From the NCBI GenBank assembly GCA_043821645.1, contig JBDRCO010000087.1, positions 32,001-96,000 of the forward strand: a DNA stretch of 64,000 bases, read 5' to 3'. Source of the DNA: Pseudomonadota bacterium (lineage in GTDB: Bacteria; Myxococcota; JACRCW01; JAFGSX01). The notes beneath the pieces were generated by a model. The model was not told the origin of the DNA. It did not search any database and saw only the letters and a list, made by a program, of their open reading frames with translations. The position numbers were made by a program, and so were the translations under genes. This document shows, in pieces, positions 20,742-29,653 of the stretch. Positions within the stretch are counted from its first letter, which is position 1, and every line of letters starts with the position of its first letter.

Positions 20742-21482
20742 TCAGATGGGGCGCTGCCGGGCTGGCCTGCCAAACCTGTACCTGGGCGGGTCCGCGGCCG
20801 GCATGGCGTTCACGATGCCGTCGGCGAGCAGGCGTCGGAACACCACAGCGAAACGGCGCGCATCGAAGCCCTGTCCCCACACAGCGGCATGCACGTCTCG
20901 CAGCTCGCGACGGGTGAAGGCCCGGGGCACAAGCGGTGCCAGGATGGACGTGTGGGCACTGTCCGCCTGCAACCTGTCTACAGCAGCCCGCAGGATGTCC
21001 GCGTGGTCAAAGGCGAGCGGGAGGCGACAGGCGGAGGCCAGAGGGACCCATTCCGCATGGGCCGCGTCGTCACCGGGCCGGGCTTGGTCCGCCGCAGCGG
21101 GAGGCAAGATGGCCAGGTGGACCACGGTGATCAGGCGCGTGCGGGGATCGCGGTCGGGCGAACCGAACGTTGCGAGCTGGCGCAGGCTCACGCTGCCCGG
21201 CGCGATGCCGCATTCCTCGTGCAGCTCGCGGGAGGCGGCGGCGGCCAGATCCTCGCCCTGGTCGTCAAAGCAGTCGCCCACCTCGACGAAGCCACCAGGA
21301 AAGGCCCAGCTCCCCCGGTGCGGGAAATTGCCACGGCGGATGAGCAGGACGGCCAGTGTCGCGTCGCGCCAGGTGAAGGCAGCGACGTCGGCGCTCACGG
21401 CAGGGCGCGGGTATTTCTTCTTTCGGTAGGCGGCCAGAAAGGCGCGCTCCTCGTCGCTGCTCGGGACATATCGCGGCATCAT
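20742..21482 (-). CDS. NUDIX hydrolase (ADP-ribose pyrophosphatase / NrtR family, with C-terminal wHTH-like region)
   Basis: YPRPAVSADV, WAFPGGFVE...AASRELHEECG Nudix box, FGSPDRDPRTR, LAFDHADIL; ATGA-type overlap with the nadE stop region. Confidence 0.88.
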   Translation of the reverse strand: MMPRYVPSSDEERAFLAAYRKKKYPRPAVSADVAAFTWRDATLAVLLIRRGNFPHRGSWAFPGGFVEVGDCFDDQGEDLAAAASRELHEECGIAPGSVSLRQLATFGSPDRDPRTRLITVVHLAILPPAAADQARPGDDAAHAEWVPLASACRLPLAFDHADILRAAVDRLQADSAHTSILAPLVPRAFTRRELRDVHAAVWGQGFDARRFAVVFRRLLADGIVNAMPAADPPRYRFGRPARQRPI

Positions 21483-22492
21483 AGCTCCGGCAGATCGTTG
21501 GTCAGGATCCCCGCGGCGAGCAGCTCCCGGCGGATGCCCAGTGCCGGGATGTTGGGGTTGAGCTTGTGCCGGGTCTGGCGCTCGACCTTCTTGGCCGAGC
21601 GCAGAAGGGCCTCGACCTGGTCCCGGTCGAGACCTCGAAAGGCTGGGTGCTCGGCAGCCGGAGCCACGCCGTGGCCAGTGGTGAACTTCTCGACCGCGAC
21701 ACCGTCATCGAACAGGCCGTCATCGATGCTGTCGAGATAGCGCGCCACGCGCTCGATGCTGCCCTGGGTGCGGTACTGCCCGCTGTCCACGTCGATGCGG
21801 CTGTAGGTCCAGGCCACGCCGCCGGTCATGCTCTTGAGCTCGTCCTCGTCGTTGTGCTTCTCGTCGTCGCCCCACAGGTCTGGCGAGGGCCGCACGTCGA
21901 TGACCACCCGGGGCACGCCCAGGGCCAGCGCTAGCTGGTAGACCTCGCCCTTGCTCAGCATGGCGATGGGGTTGGTGTCGACCTCGCCGTCACCGCCCTT
22001 CTGGTAGAAGCGCAGAAATCGGTCCTCGTCCTCGTTGCCGGTGCCGTGGCGAATGCCACCGCCGGTGAGCCTGTTGTAGCCGCGGCCCAGGGGCGCGCGC
22101 ATGCACGAGCGAATGGACCCGAGGATGGTGGGATCGGTGGCCAGGCGCCGCTCCAGTTCGTCGCGGTCGTAGCCGGCGTCGACCAGGCGATCGACCATGT
22201 GCCGCATGCGCAGGTTGAACTCCGCGCTCAGCTCGTCGACCACCAGGCGTGCCCCCAGGCTGTCGGCCACGGCGCGCGCGCGATCCCTGGCCTTGTTCGA
22301 GGAGTTGATGCTGAGAAAGGCCGCGGTCACTTGATCGGCACCCAGGGCACGGACCAGCACGCTGAAGATCACGGCCGAGTCGATGCCCCCGGAGACGTCG
22401 ATCTCGGCGCGCTTCACGCCGGCAGACTGGTGGTAGCGGCGGATGGCCTGGATACGCTCATCGGCGAGGGCGGTGGCGTCGAGGACAGGCAT
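21479..22492 (-). CDS. nadE: NH3-dependent NAD+ synthetase
   Basis: SGGIDSAV PP-loop, GTGNEDE..FYQKGGDG, NPIAMLSKGEVYQLA, PSPDLW..DEDEL; AGGAG RBS before ATG 22492. Confidence 0.93.
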   Translation of the reverse strand: MPVLDATALADERIQAIRRYHQSAGVKRAEIDVSGGIDSAVIFSVLVRALGADQVTAAFLSINSSNKARDRARAVADSLGARLVVDELSAEFNLRMRHMVDRLVDAGYDRDELERRLATDPTILGSIRSCMRAPLGRGYNRLTGGGIRHGTGNEDEDRFLRFYQKGGDGEVDTNPIAMLSKGEVYQLALALGVPRVVIDVRPSPDLWGDDEKHNDEDELKSMTGGVAWTYSRIDVDSGQYRTQGSIERVARYLDSIDDGLFDDGVAVEKFTTGHGVAPAAEHPAFRGLDRDQVEALLRSAKKVERQTRHKLNPNIPALGIRRELLAAGILTNDLPEL

Positions 22493-22594
22493 GCGAACTC
22501 CTGCGAGCGGCACGCGGACACCGCCACGGCGCCACGGCGGCCAGGAGCCTCATCATGCGTCGGGTGGGCAGAGGCTTTCAATATTCGTGTGGAG

Positions 22595-23845
22595 TCAGGC
22601 GCGACGCATCCGCCGCCGGACCAGCAGGAACCAGGGTGCGATCCAGAGACCACACCACCCCGAGTGGCCAGGTCCGAGCACAGCACAGCCGCCAGCCTCG
22701 AGGCGGATCTCCTGTGGACGGAGGGGACCTGTGCCGCCGCCATTCTGTCCAGCTCCGGTGTCTTCGCAAAAATCCGCATCTCGCGCCGATGCGTCGACAT
22801 CTGCAGGAGCAAGGCCGGCGTCGGATGCTGGCGGGGGATCGTTCGGTGCGGGGGCCGAGGCGTCGAGCACCTCGACACAAAGGCTCGCGTCGACGGCCGG
22901 CTGCAAACCGGCATCGGCCAGTGGTTCCACGCGTGCATCTCCCGGCAAAGCGGCGTCGACGGCCGGCGTCCCGGCATCGGCCAGGGGTGGGGTGACGGGT
23001 AGCGGCGGATCGGGATCCGGGGGTGGCGGCGGTGGTGGGAGCTCACACTCGCACCAGTCCGACTGGTGCCCGTTGCTGGCGTCGCAGGCGATGTCGCCAC
23101 TCTCTTGCTGACAGCCAGGTTCGCCGCCGAAGCGCGCCACGCACCAAGCTCCGGCTGCCGCGCAGAAGGCCTGACACCCCGCGCCATTGGTGAACACGCC
23201 CGCGCAGTGCGTTGCGCTGGCCTGGCACAGCTCGAAACCAGGATGGTCGGCGATGCCCTGGCAGGCATTCGGTGCTGGCGGCGGCGTGCTCGCGCCCTCG
23301 CAACGCGTGAGGGTGAAGGTGGTCAGGTCCGCCGCGTCCGAGGCTCCGTCGTCCGTGCCATCGAGGATCAAGCGGCAACTGCCGCCGGCGGCGCAGTAGA
23401 TCTCGCCCAGCTCCTTCCGGGTGCAGTCGCTGCCTCGCTGGTCGACTGAGAAGCGCTGCACCCCACCAAGGTCGTCTCGCAGCACATAGTCCGCATCCGC
23501 GGTGCGGTTCTCGCTGGCGCGATAGCTGGTCACCACCCGGTACCAGCCGGCGCGCGTGATCGTGGGCTGCCACAGGGCCTTGCCGGTGCGCGTGCCATCG
23601 CCCACGGTGTGGCTCAGATAGCGATAGCTGCCGTGACAGGAGGCCACACTGTTGCTAACCCAGTTCTCGGGCTGCTGCTCCGAGTAGCCCGAGCCCGGAA
23701 TGTCGTTGTCGACGCGGATCTCCTGGCCCACCGGGCAGCTGGCAGCGGACCGGGAGGGCCAGGCCAGCGACAGCACACACGCCACGAGAGCCAGAAGCAC
23801 GCGAGGCGTGGACCGCCAGGTCCACCGGATGTGCAGCAGTGGCAT
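22595..23845 (-). CDS. Secreted protein with golvesin/xanthan-lyase CBM-like domain, Cys-rich region and MYXO-CTERM-like anchor
   Basis: Signal peptide; WQPTITRAGWYRVVTSYRASENR..DADYVL..FSVDQR pattern; Pro- and DAG-rich linker; C-terminus GGCAV..GLWIAPWFLLVRRRMRRA (GGC + hydrophobic + RRR). Confidence 0.75.
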   Translation of the reverse strand: MPLLHIRWTWRSTPRVLLALVACVLSLAWPSRSAASCPVGQEIRVDNDIPGSGYSEQQPENWVSNSVASCHGSYRYLSHTVGDGTRTGKALWQPTITRAGWYRVVTSYRASENRTADADYVLRDDLGGVQRFSVDQRGSDCTRKELGEIYCAAGGSCRLILDGTDDGASDAADLTTFTLTRCEGASTPPPAPNACQGIADHPGFELCQASATHCAGVFTNGAGCQAFCAAAGAWCVARFGGEPGCQQESGDIACDASNGHQSDWCECELPPPPPPPDPDPPLPVTPPLADAGTPAVDAALPGDARVEPLADAGLQPAVDASLCVEVLDASAPAPNDPPPASDAGLAPADVDASARDADFCEDTGAGQNGGGTGPLRPQEIRLEAGGCAVLGPGHSGWCGLWIAPWFLLVRRRMRRA

Positions 23846-23918
23846 GAACAGATTGTCGGTGCCGATCGCGCCATCGACCATCGGTCGTCGGTCCGTCGGA
23901 CGATCAACCGACGACGTT

Positions 23919-24611
23919 TTACAGGACGTCGCGCGCCCAGGCGGTGGACAGGGCGTCCGCGTACTCGTTCCAGCGCGAGCCGTCGTGGGCCTTGATCCAG
24001 GTCAGGCGCAGCTCCGGCCGGGCCTTGACCAGGCTGTAGAGCTCCTGCACCAGCTCGAGGTTCTTGATCGGACCGCCCTTGCGCTTCCAGCCGCGTCGAG
24101 CCCAGGCCTCGGCCCACTCGTTCATGGACTTCACGCACAGCTCGCTGTCGGTGTACACCGTGGCCGCCGTTCCGGCCGGGACCAGACGATAGCCGTGAAT
24201 CAAGGCCAGCAACTCCATGCGGTTGTTGGTGGTGTGCGGGTCGTGACCGTACTCCTGCGCGACGACCTGGTTGTCGACGACGAACACGGTCCCCCAGCCT
24301 CCTGGGCCAGGGTTGGGCTGGGCACTGCCGTCGGTGAAGACCCCGCTTAGAGGTCCACCCTGGTAGCGGCTCAGCACCTCCGCCAGGGGCAGGTTCTCCT
24401 CGATGGTGGCGCTCGGCCTCGGTCGTGCCGCTGCGCGGCGGGGAGTGGCCTTGGCGCCGCCATGGCTTCTCGACGACCCGGCCCCGGGACTCACCTTGTC
24501 CCTGCACGCCATGCAGGTGCGAGGTGTCCAGCCAGGGAAGCGGGCGAGGGTCGCCGGGGGGATGCTGAACCGTGCGCCGCACAGGCTGCAGGTGAAGGAC
24601 GAGGCTGCCAT
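23919..24611 (-). CDS. rnhA: Ribonuclease HI with N-terminal CxxC...CxxC Zn-ribbon-like extension
   Basis: VFTDGSAQPNPGPGGWG, TTNNRMELLA, VYTDS, KNLEL, WIKAH, WNEYADALS; N-terminus CSLC-x21-CMAC. Confidence 0.93.
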   Translation of the reverse strand: MAASSFTCSLCGARFSIPPATLARFPGWTPRTCMACRDKVSPGAGSSRSHGGAKATPRRAAARPRPSATIEENLPLAEVLSRYQGGPLSGVFTDGSAQPNPGPGGWGTVFVVDNQVVAQEYGHDPHTTNNRMELLALIHGYRLVPAGTAATVYTDSELCVKSMNEWAEAWARRGWKRKGGPIKNLELVQELYSLVKARPELRLTWIKAHDGSRWNEYADALSTAWARDVL

Positions 24612-24657
24612 GGCGCGACCATAGAGGACGCCGTGGTCTGCTGCAATGTCACCGCGG

Positions 24658-26151
24658 CTATGGGTTGCCGGTCACACCGACGTAGGCGTCGTAGCGGGTC
24701 TGGATCTGCGACACGTAGCGCACCGGCTCCTCACCGCGGCAGTAGCCGTGCTTGGAGGCACTGTAGTAGCGCGGCCTCGACAGCAACAGCATCGCCTTCT
24801 CGGTATTGCCGAACCAGCGGTTCGCGTCATAGCCCAGGCGCCGCGACAGGGCGCGTGCGTCGTCGATATGACCGCGCCCGCAGTTGTACGAGGCCAGGGC
24901 AAAACGAATGCGCTCCTTGAGCTCCAGCTCCTCCGAAAAGCCATCGATCATCTTGCGCAGGTAGCGCGCGCCCGCCTCGATGTTCTGCGCCGGGTCGCCG
25001 AGGTCGGTGACACCCAGCTGGGCGGCGGTCGATGGCATCAGCTGCATCAAGCCTTCGGCGCCCGCCCAGGATCGTGCCGTCGGCTCGAAACGTGACTCCT
25101 GGAACATCTGCGCGGCCAGCAAGCGCCAGTCCAGGTTGTGCTGCTGCGCGGCTTGCTTGAGCAGGTCGTCATAGGGCGACACACGGCCGCCGCGGTCGGC
25201 CCGGACCTCGTCGTCCCGTAGCACGGCAGCGCGCTTGGGGCTGCGGAAGTACTTGGCGTGCAAGGTGTTGAACAGCACGTCCTTGCGGTGGCGGGTGAAG
25301 AAGGCGTCCACCCCCTCCTTGAGCTTGCTGTTCTCGGGGCGCACGGCCCAGGCGATCTCGTCCTCACCGTCGAGGGAGAAGGCCACCTCGATGTCGTCAC
25401 GCCAGGTCAGCTCGGCGTCGATGAAGTCCGAGCGGGCAACGGTCACCGGGATCTCGCCGCTGGCGATCTGCTCGATCAGATCCTCGACCTCCATGTACTC
25501 GGGGACCGCCGCGATGGGGATGGTGTGTCCAAGCAGTTCGCCCAGGGCGCGCAGGCGCTTGAAGGCGGCCGAGTTGCGCCGGACGTGGACGAGTTCGCTG
25601 ACCAGGTCCTCGGGTTTGGTCAGGGGAGGTCGGCGCCCCTTGCGCACCACCACCTGGTTGCGAACGGTCATATAGGGTCGTGTGAACACGACGCGCTCAG
25701 CCCGTGCGGTCGACAGCGGCATGCCCGCAGCGATGAGATCCCCCTTGCCCTCGAGCAGCATGGGGATCATGTCGCGGCGGGTTCGCGCCGGGACCACCTC
25801 GAGCCGCACCCCGAGTTCCTTGGCGAGCTGCAGGGCCAGTTCGTACTCGAAGCCCACCTCGTCGCCCCGGAACAAAAAATACGAGGTCGAGTTGTTGCGC
25901 AGGATGACGCGCAGCACCTTGCGCTTCTTCACCTCGTCGAGGTCGCCGCTGTAAATCAGCTGGCGGTGCCCCGTGAGCGCATCTGCGAAGCTGGCCGCTG
26001 GTGCTGCGTCCTCGCCCCCATCCGCTGCCTCCGCAAGCCCGCGGCTGGCGTCGACGGAGCTGCTCGAGGCACAGCCCTCGCACCCTGTCACACCGCATGC
26101 CAGTGCCAGCGCCACGAACGCTGGAGCCAGGACGAGCTGGTCGTGCCGCAT
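24658..26151 (-). CDS. mltF: Membrane-bound lytic murein transglycosylase F-like lipoprotein (SBP_bac_3 + SLT domain)
   Basis: GFEYELALQLAKELGV binding-protein domain; QESRF, GLMQLMP, ALASYNCG SLT motifs; LALAC lipobox after ATG 26151. Confidence 0.88.
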   Translation of the reverse strand: MRHDQLVLAPAFVALALACGVTGCEGCASSSSVDASRGLAEAADGGEDAAPAASFADALTGHRQLIYSGDLDEVKKRKVLRVILRNNSTSYFLFRGDEVGFEYELALQLAKELGVRLEVVPARTRRDMIPMLLEGKGDLIAAGMPLSTARAERVVFTRPYMTVRNQVVVRKGRRPPLTKPEDLVSELVHVRRNSAAFKRLRALGELLGHTIPIAAVPEYMEVEDLIEQIASGEIPVTVARSDFIDAELTWRDDIEVAFSLDGEDEIAWAVRPENSKLKEGVDAFFTRHRKDVLFNTLHAKYFRSPKRAAVLRDDEVRADRGGRVSPYDDLLKQAAQQHNLDWRLLAAQMFQESRFEPTARSWAGAEGLMQLMPSTAAQLGVTDLGDPAQNIEAGARYLRKMIDGFSEELELKERIRFALASYNCGRGHIDDARALSRRLGYDANRWFGNTEKAMLLLSRPRYYSASKHGYCRGEEPVRYVSQIQTRYDAYVGVTGNP

Positions 26152-26311
26152 CCGCGCAGAATAACAGGTCCCGGGGGTGTCTGCATCTCGATGTGATCGT
26201 TTCCCGATCTTCGCCCAACCCGACGGTTTCTGCTTGCGGGTAACGGCCGCTTCGGTGCACGTAGCGTCGGCAGGCCGGGCCGCCGCAAGCGCCCGGGTCT
26301 CGAGGCCCCTC

Positions 26312-27085
26312 ATGAGCGAGTCCGCGTCCATCCCCGAGAAAGCCGGTACCGGCAGCGCCGTGGCCACCCCCATGCTTCAGGTTCGTGGCCTGACCAAGCA
26401 CTACCGCGACCTCGTCGCCATCCAGGACATCAGCTTCGAGGTCCAGCGAGGCGAGATCGTGGGATTCCTCGGGCCCAATGGCGCGGGCAAGTCGACGACC
26501 ATGCGCATTCTCACCGGCTGCATCCCGGCCACGGCAGGGAGCGCGCGAGTCGCCGGCCACAACGTGTTCGAGGCGCCGCGGGAGGTCAAGCGCTGCATCG
26601 GCTACCTGCCCGAGATTCCGCCGCTCTACCCCGACCTGAGCGTTCACGACCAGCTTCGCTTCGTGGCATCGCTCAAGAACCTCGACGCCCAGCGCACGCG
26701 CGACGAGATCGAGCGGGTGGCCGCGCGAACCAGCATCGGCGACGTCCTGGAGCGGCTGGTGGGCAACCTGAGCAAGGGATTTCGCCAGCGTGTGGGTATC
26801 GCCCAGGCGCTACTTGGTGATCCGCAGGTTCTGATCCTCGACGAGCCCACCGTGGGTCTGGACCCCAAGCAGATCGGCGAGGTGCGCGCGCTCATTGCGG
26901 CTCTGGCAGGCGACCACACGGTCGTGCTGTCCACGCACATCCTGCAGGAGGTGACGGCCACCTGCCAGCGGGTGCTGATCATCGCTGGCGGGCGCGTGGT
27001 GGCCGACGATGCCATCCCCGCACTCATCGCCCGGCACGAGGGTCAGAGCCTCGAGCAGATCTTCCTGTCGCTGACCGCGGTGTAG
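26312..27085 (+). CDS. ABC transporter ATP-binding protein (GldA-like)
   Basis: GPNGAGKST Walker A, LSKGFRQRVG signature, LILDEPT Walker B; start uncertain (26312 or 26372). Confidence 0.93.
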   Translation: MSESASIPEKAGTGSAVATPMLQVRGLTKHYRDLVAIQDISFEVQRGEIVGFLGPNGAGKSTTMRILTGCIPATAGSARVAGHNVFEAPREVKRCIGYLPEIPPLYPDLSVHDQLRFVASLKNLDAQRTRDEIERVAARTSIGDVLERLVGNLSKGFRQRVGIAQALLGDPQVLILDEPTVGLDPKQIGEVRALIAALAGDHTVVLSTHILQEVTATCQRVLIIAGGRVVADDAIPALIARHEGQSLEQIFLSLTAV

Positions 27086-27124
27086 TGGAGCGGGCCAGGT
27101 CGGCGCCTGCAGAAAGGACTCCCC

Positions 27125-27923
27125 ATGCGAACCCTGGCCGGGATCCTGCGCAAGGAACTCATCATCTACTTCACCACGCCCATCGCGTACGTGGTGATGG
27201 CGCTGTTCACCGCGATCGCCAGCATCTTCTTCTGGACCTTCCTGTCGCGGTTCATGGCCGACAGCCAGACCTTCTTGCAGGTGGGGCGTCCCGAGTTGCT
27301 CGACCAGCTCAACTTCAACGACCGCGTGCTCACGCCGCTCTACGTCGGTTACGTGCAGATGATCTTCCTGTTCGTGCTGCCCTTGCTGACCATGCGCCTC
27401 GTCGCCGAGGAGAGGCGCACGCACACCATGGAGCTGTTGCTGTCGACCCCGGTGCAGCCCTGGCAGATCGTGCTGGGCAAGTACCTGGCCGCGCTGACCC
27501 TGGTGCTGGTGCTGTGCAGCATCTGCCTGGTCTACCCGCTGCTCCTTCAGCTCTTCGGTCGCGGCGTCGGCGAGGCCGGGCCGCTGGATTGGGGCTCGGT
27601 GTGGCTCGGGTGGCTGGGCCTGGTGCTGGTGGGCGCGACCTGTGCAGCGGTGGGCCTGTTCACGTCATCCGTCACCGAGAGCCAGATCGTCGCCGCGGTG
27701 CTGGGGATGATGCTGCTGCTGTTCTTCTGGGTGCTGCGCGGTGTGGGCGCTGGTCTCGACGGCGCCACGGGAGCGGCGCTGCATCAGGTCTCGCTCCTGA
27801 CTCATATCGAGTCGTACGCCCGGGGGGCTGTTCTCGGTCCCGGACCTTGTCTATTTTGCCAGCTTCATCTTCCTGTTCCTCTTTCTCTCCCATCGCTCCG
27901 TCGAGGGACTGCGGTGGAGCTGA
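27125..27923 (+). CDS. ABC-2 permease (GldF-like) with apparent +1 frameshift in a G6 run at 27822-27827
   Basis: RKELIIYFTTPIAY, LTMRLVAEERR..TMELLLSTPV..IVLGKY. Removing one G restores the last TM helix RGLFSVPDLVYFASFIFLFLFLSHRSVEGLRWS ending at TGA 27921-27923. Confidence 0.88.
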
Positions 27924-28091
27924 TGCGGGAGCGCCCGTCGATGGAGGGCCGCGCAGCCCTCCCGGGTCCAGGATGAGCCTCGCCAGCACCCCCTGCGGGC
28001 CCTGGCGACCCCTGGACCTGCCCTCGGGTGGGTGTCGGGTGCGGACCGTCGTGGTCCCCTGGGTGCGCGCGGAAATCTTCGGGGTTCAGTG

Positions 28092-29645
28092 ATGCGCATT
28101 GCCTCGGTTCTCCTCGGTGTCGTCGGCGGCGTGGTCCTGCTGTCCTGCCTGCTGACGATCTTCCTGTTCCCTCCGGACTCCATGTTGTTGTGGGGCAAGG
28201 TGACCGTCGGCACTCTGATGCTGGTGGCAGCCCTGGTGCTGGACCGGGGTGCGCTGCGCCGGCTCGCCCTGCATCGTGGTACCGCCTTCACCGGCACCAC
28301 CGTGCTGTACGCCGTGGGGTGGCTGGCGGTCCTGGTGGCGCTCAACGTGCTGGCCCGGGAGCACAAGGTCGAGGTCGACCTGACCCGTGACCGCGTCTAC
28401 ACGCTCTCCGAGCAGACCCAGAAGCTGCTGCGTGAGCTCGACAGCGACGTCGAGATCCTCGCCTTCTTCGGCAGCTCGGAACCTGAAACCCAGGTCCTCG
28501 AACACATGATCGGGCGCTACCGGTTGCTGAACTCGCACCTGCACTTCGAGCGGGTCGATCCAGCGCTGCGTCCAGATCTCGTCGAGACCTACAAGATCAC
28601 CGAGGAGAGCCCGCGGGTGCTGGTGCGTTCGGGCGCACACGAGGCCCGGTTCCGGGAGCTGAACGAGCAGGGATTGACCAATGCCCTGCTGCAGGTGACC
28701 CAGACCGCGCAGCGACGGGTGTACTTTTTACTGGGTCACGGGGAGGCCAGCATCGACGATCAGGAGGAGAGCGGCCTGCACGCCACGGCCGAGGACCTGC
28801 GCGCCGAGGGCATCGAGGTGCTGTCGCTGAATCTGATCGAACTCTCCGCGGTGCCGGATGACGCCACCGCCATCGTGGTGGCCGGTCCACGGTCGTCTCT
28901 GCTGGCCCCCGAGCTCGAGGTCCTGAGCACCTATCTTGGCCGTGGCGGTAAGCTGTTGCTCCTGCTCGAGCCCAGCACCGACCCCGGGCTGCGGGAGTGG
29001 TTGCGGCGCTACCACCTAGGTTACCGCGATGACACGGTGCTCGACAGCAGCCCGTATGGAGAGCTGTTCGGGATAGGGCCTGACGCGGCCATCGTCTACT
29101 CCTATGCTGATCACCCGCTGGTGCGGGGCTTCCAGAACAACATGTCCGTTTTTTCGGGTGCACGCTCCGTGCAGACGATCGACGAGGGGGAGGGGGTGGA
29201 CCCGGCGGTGAACGCCCGGGTGCTTTTCGCGTCCTCTGCCAGGTCGTGGGGCGAGACCGATCTTCTCGCCGGGGACTGGACCTGGAACGAAGGCGAGGCC
29301 CGGGGGCCGGTGCCCCTCGCCGCGGTGGCTACCCGGAACACCAGCACCGTGGACGCCGAGCGCAAGCTGTCCGACGAGATGCGCCTGCTGCTGGTCGGTG
29401 ACGCCAGCTTCATCGACAACAAGTTCAGGAGCCTGCAGATCAACCGCGACCTGTTCCTGAGCATGGTGGCCTGGTTGACAGAGCAGGAGAACCACGTGGC
29501 CATCCGACCGCGACAGCGTGGAGCGTCGCGCATCGTGCTCGGGCCAGAACAGGAAGGCTTGATCGCCTTCTTTGCCCTGGATGGGCTGCCCGTCGCTGTG
29601 CTGGCCTCGGGTCTCGCCATCTGGCTGGTGCGCCGCCGCCGCTGA
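28092..29645 (+). CDS. GldG-family ABC transporter auxiliary component
   Basis: DLTRDRVYTLSEQT, VYFLLGHGE, IVVAGPR..L..ELEVL..YL.RGGKLLLLLEP, SWGETD, NRDLFLSMVAWL; C-terminal TM + RRRR. Confidence 0.88.
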   Translation: MRIASVLLGVVGGVVLLSCLLTIFLFPPDSMLLWGKVTVGTLMLVAALVLDRGALRRLALHRGTAFTGTTVLYAVGWLAVLVALNVLAREHKVEVDLTRDRVYTLSEQTQKLLRELDSDVEILAFFGSSEPETQVLEHMIGRYRLLNSHLHFERVDPALRPDLVETYKITEESPRVLVRSGAHEARFRELNEQGLTNALLQVTQTAQRRVYFLLGHGEASIDDQEESGLHATAEDLRAEGIEVLSLNLIELSAVPDDATAIVVAGPRSSLLAPELEVLSTYLGRGGKLLLLLEPSTDPGLREWLRRYHLGYRDDTVLDSSPYGELFGIGPDAAIVYSYADHPLVRGFQNNMSVFSGARSVQTIDEGEGVDPAVNARVLFASSARSWGETDLLAGDWTWNEGEARGPVPLAAVATRNTSTVDAERKLSDEMRLLLVGDASFIDNKFRSLQINRDLFLSMVAWLTEQENHVAIRPRQRGASRIVLGPEQEGLIAFFALDGLPVAVLASGLAIWLVRRRR

Positions 29646-29653
29646 GGTTGCAC

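Noticed and set aside
27083-27125. GldA-like and GldF-like genes in the same frame separated by a single TAG (possible readthrough fusion)
   Set aside because: Same-frame spacing is a one-in-three chance, the permease has its own AAAGGA RBS, and no recoding signal is evident.
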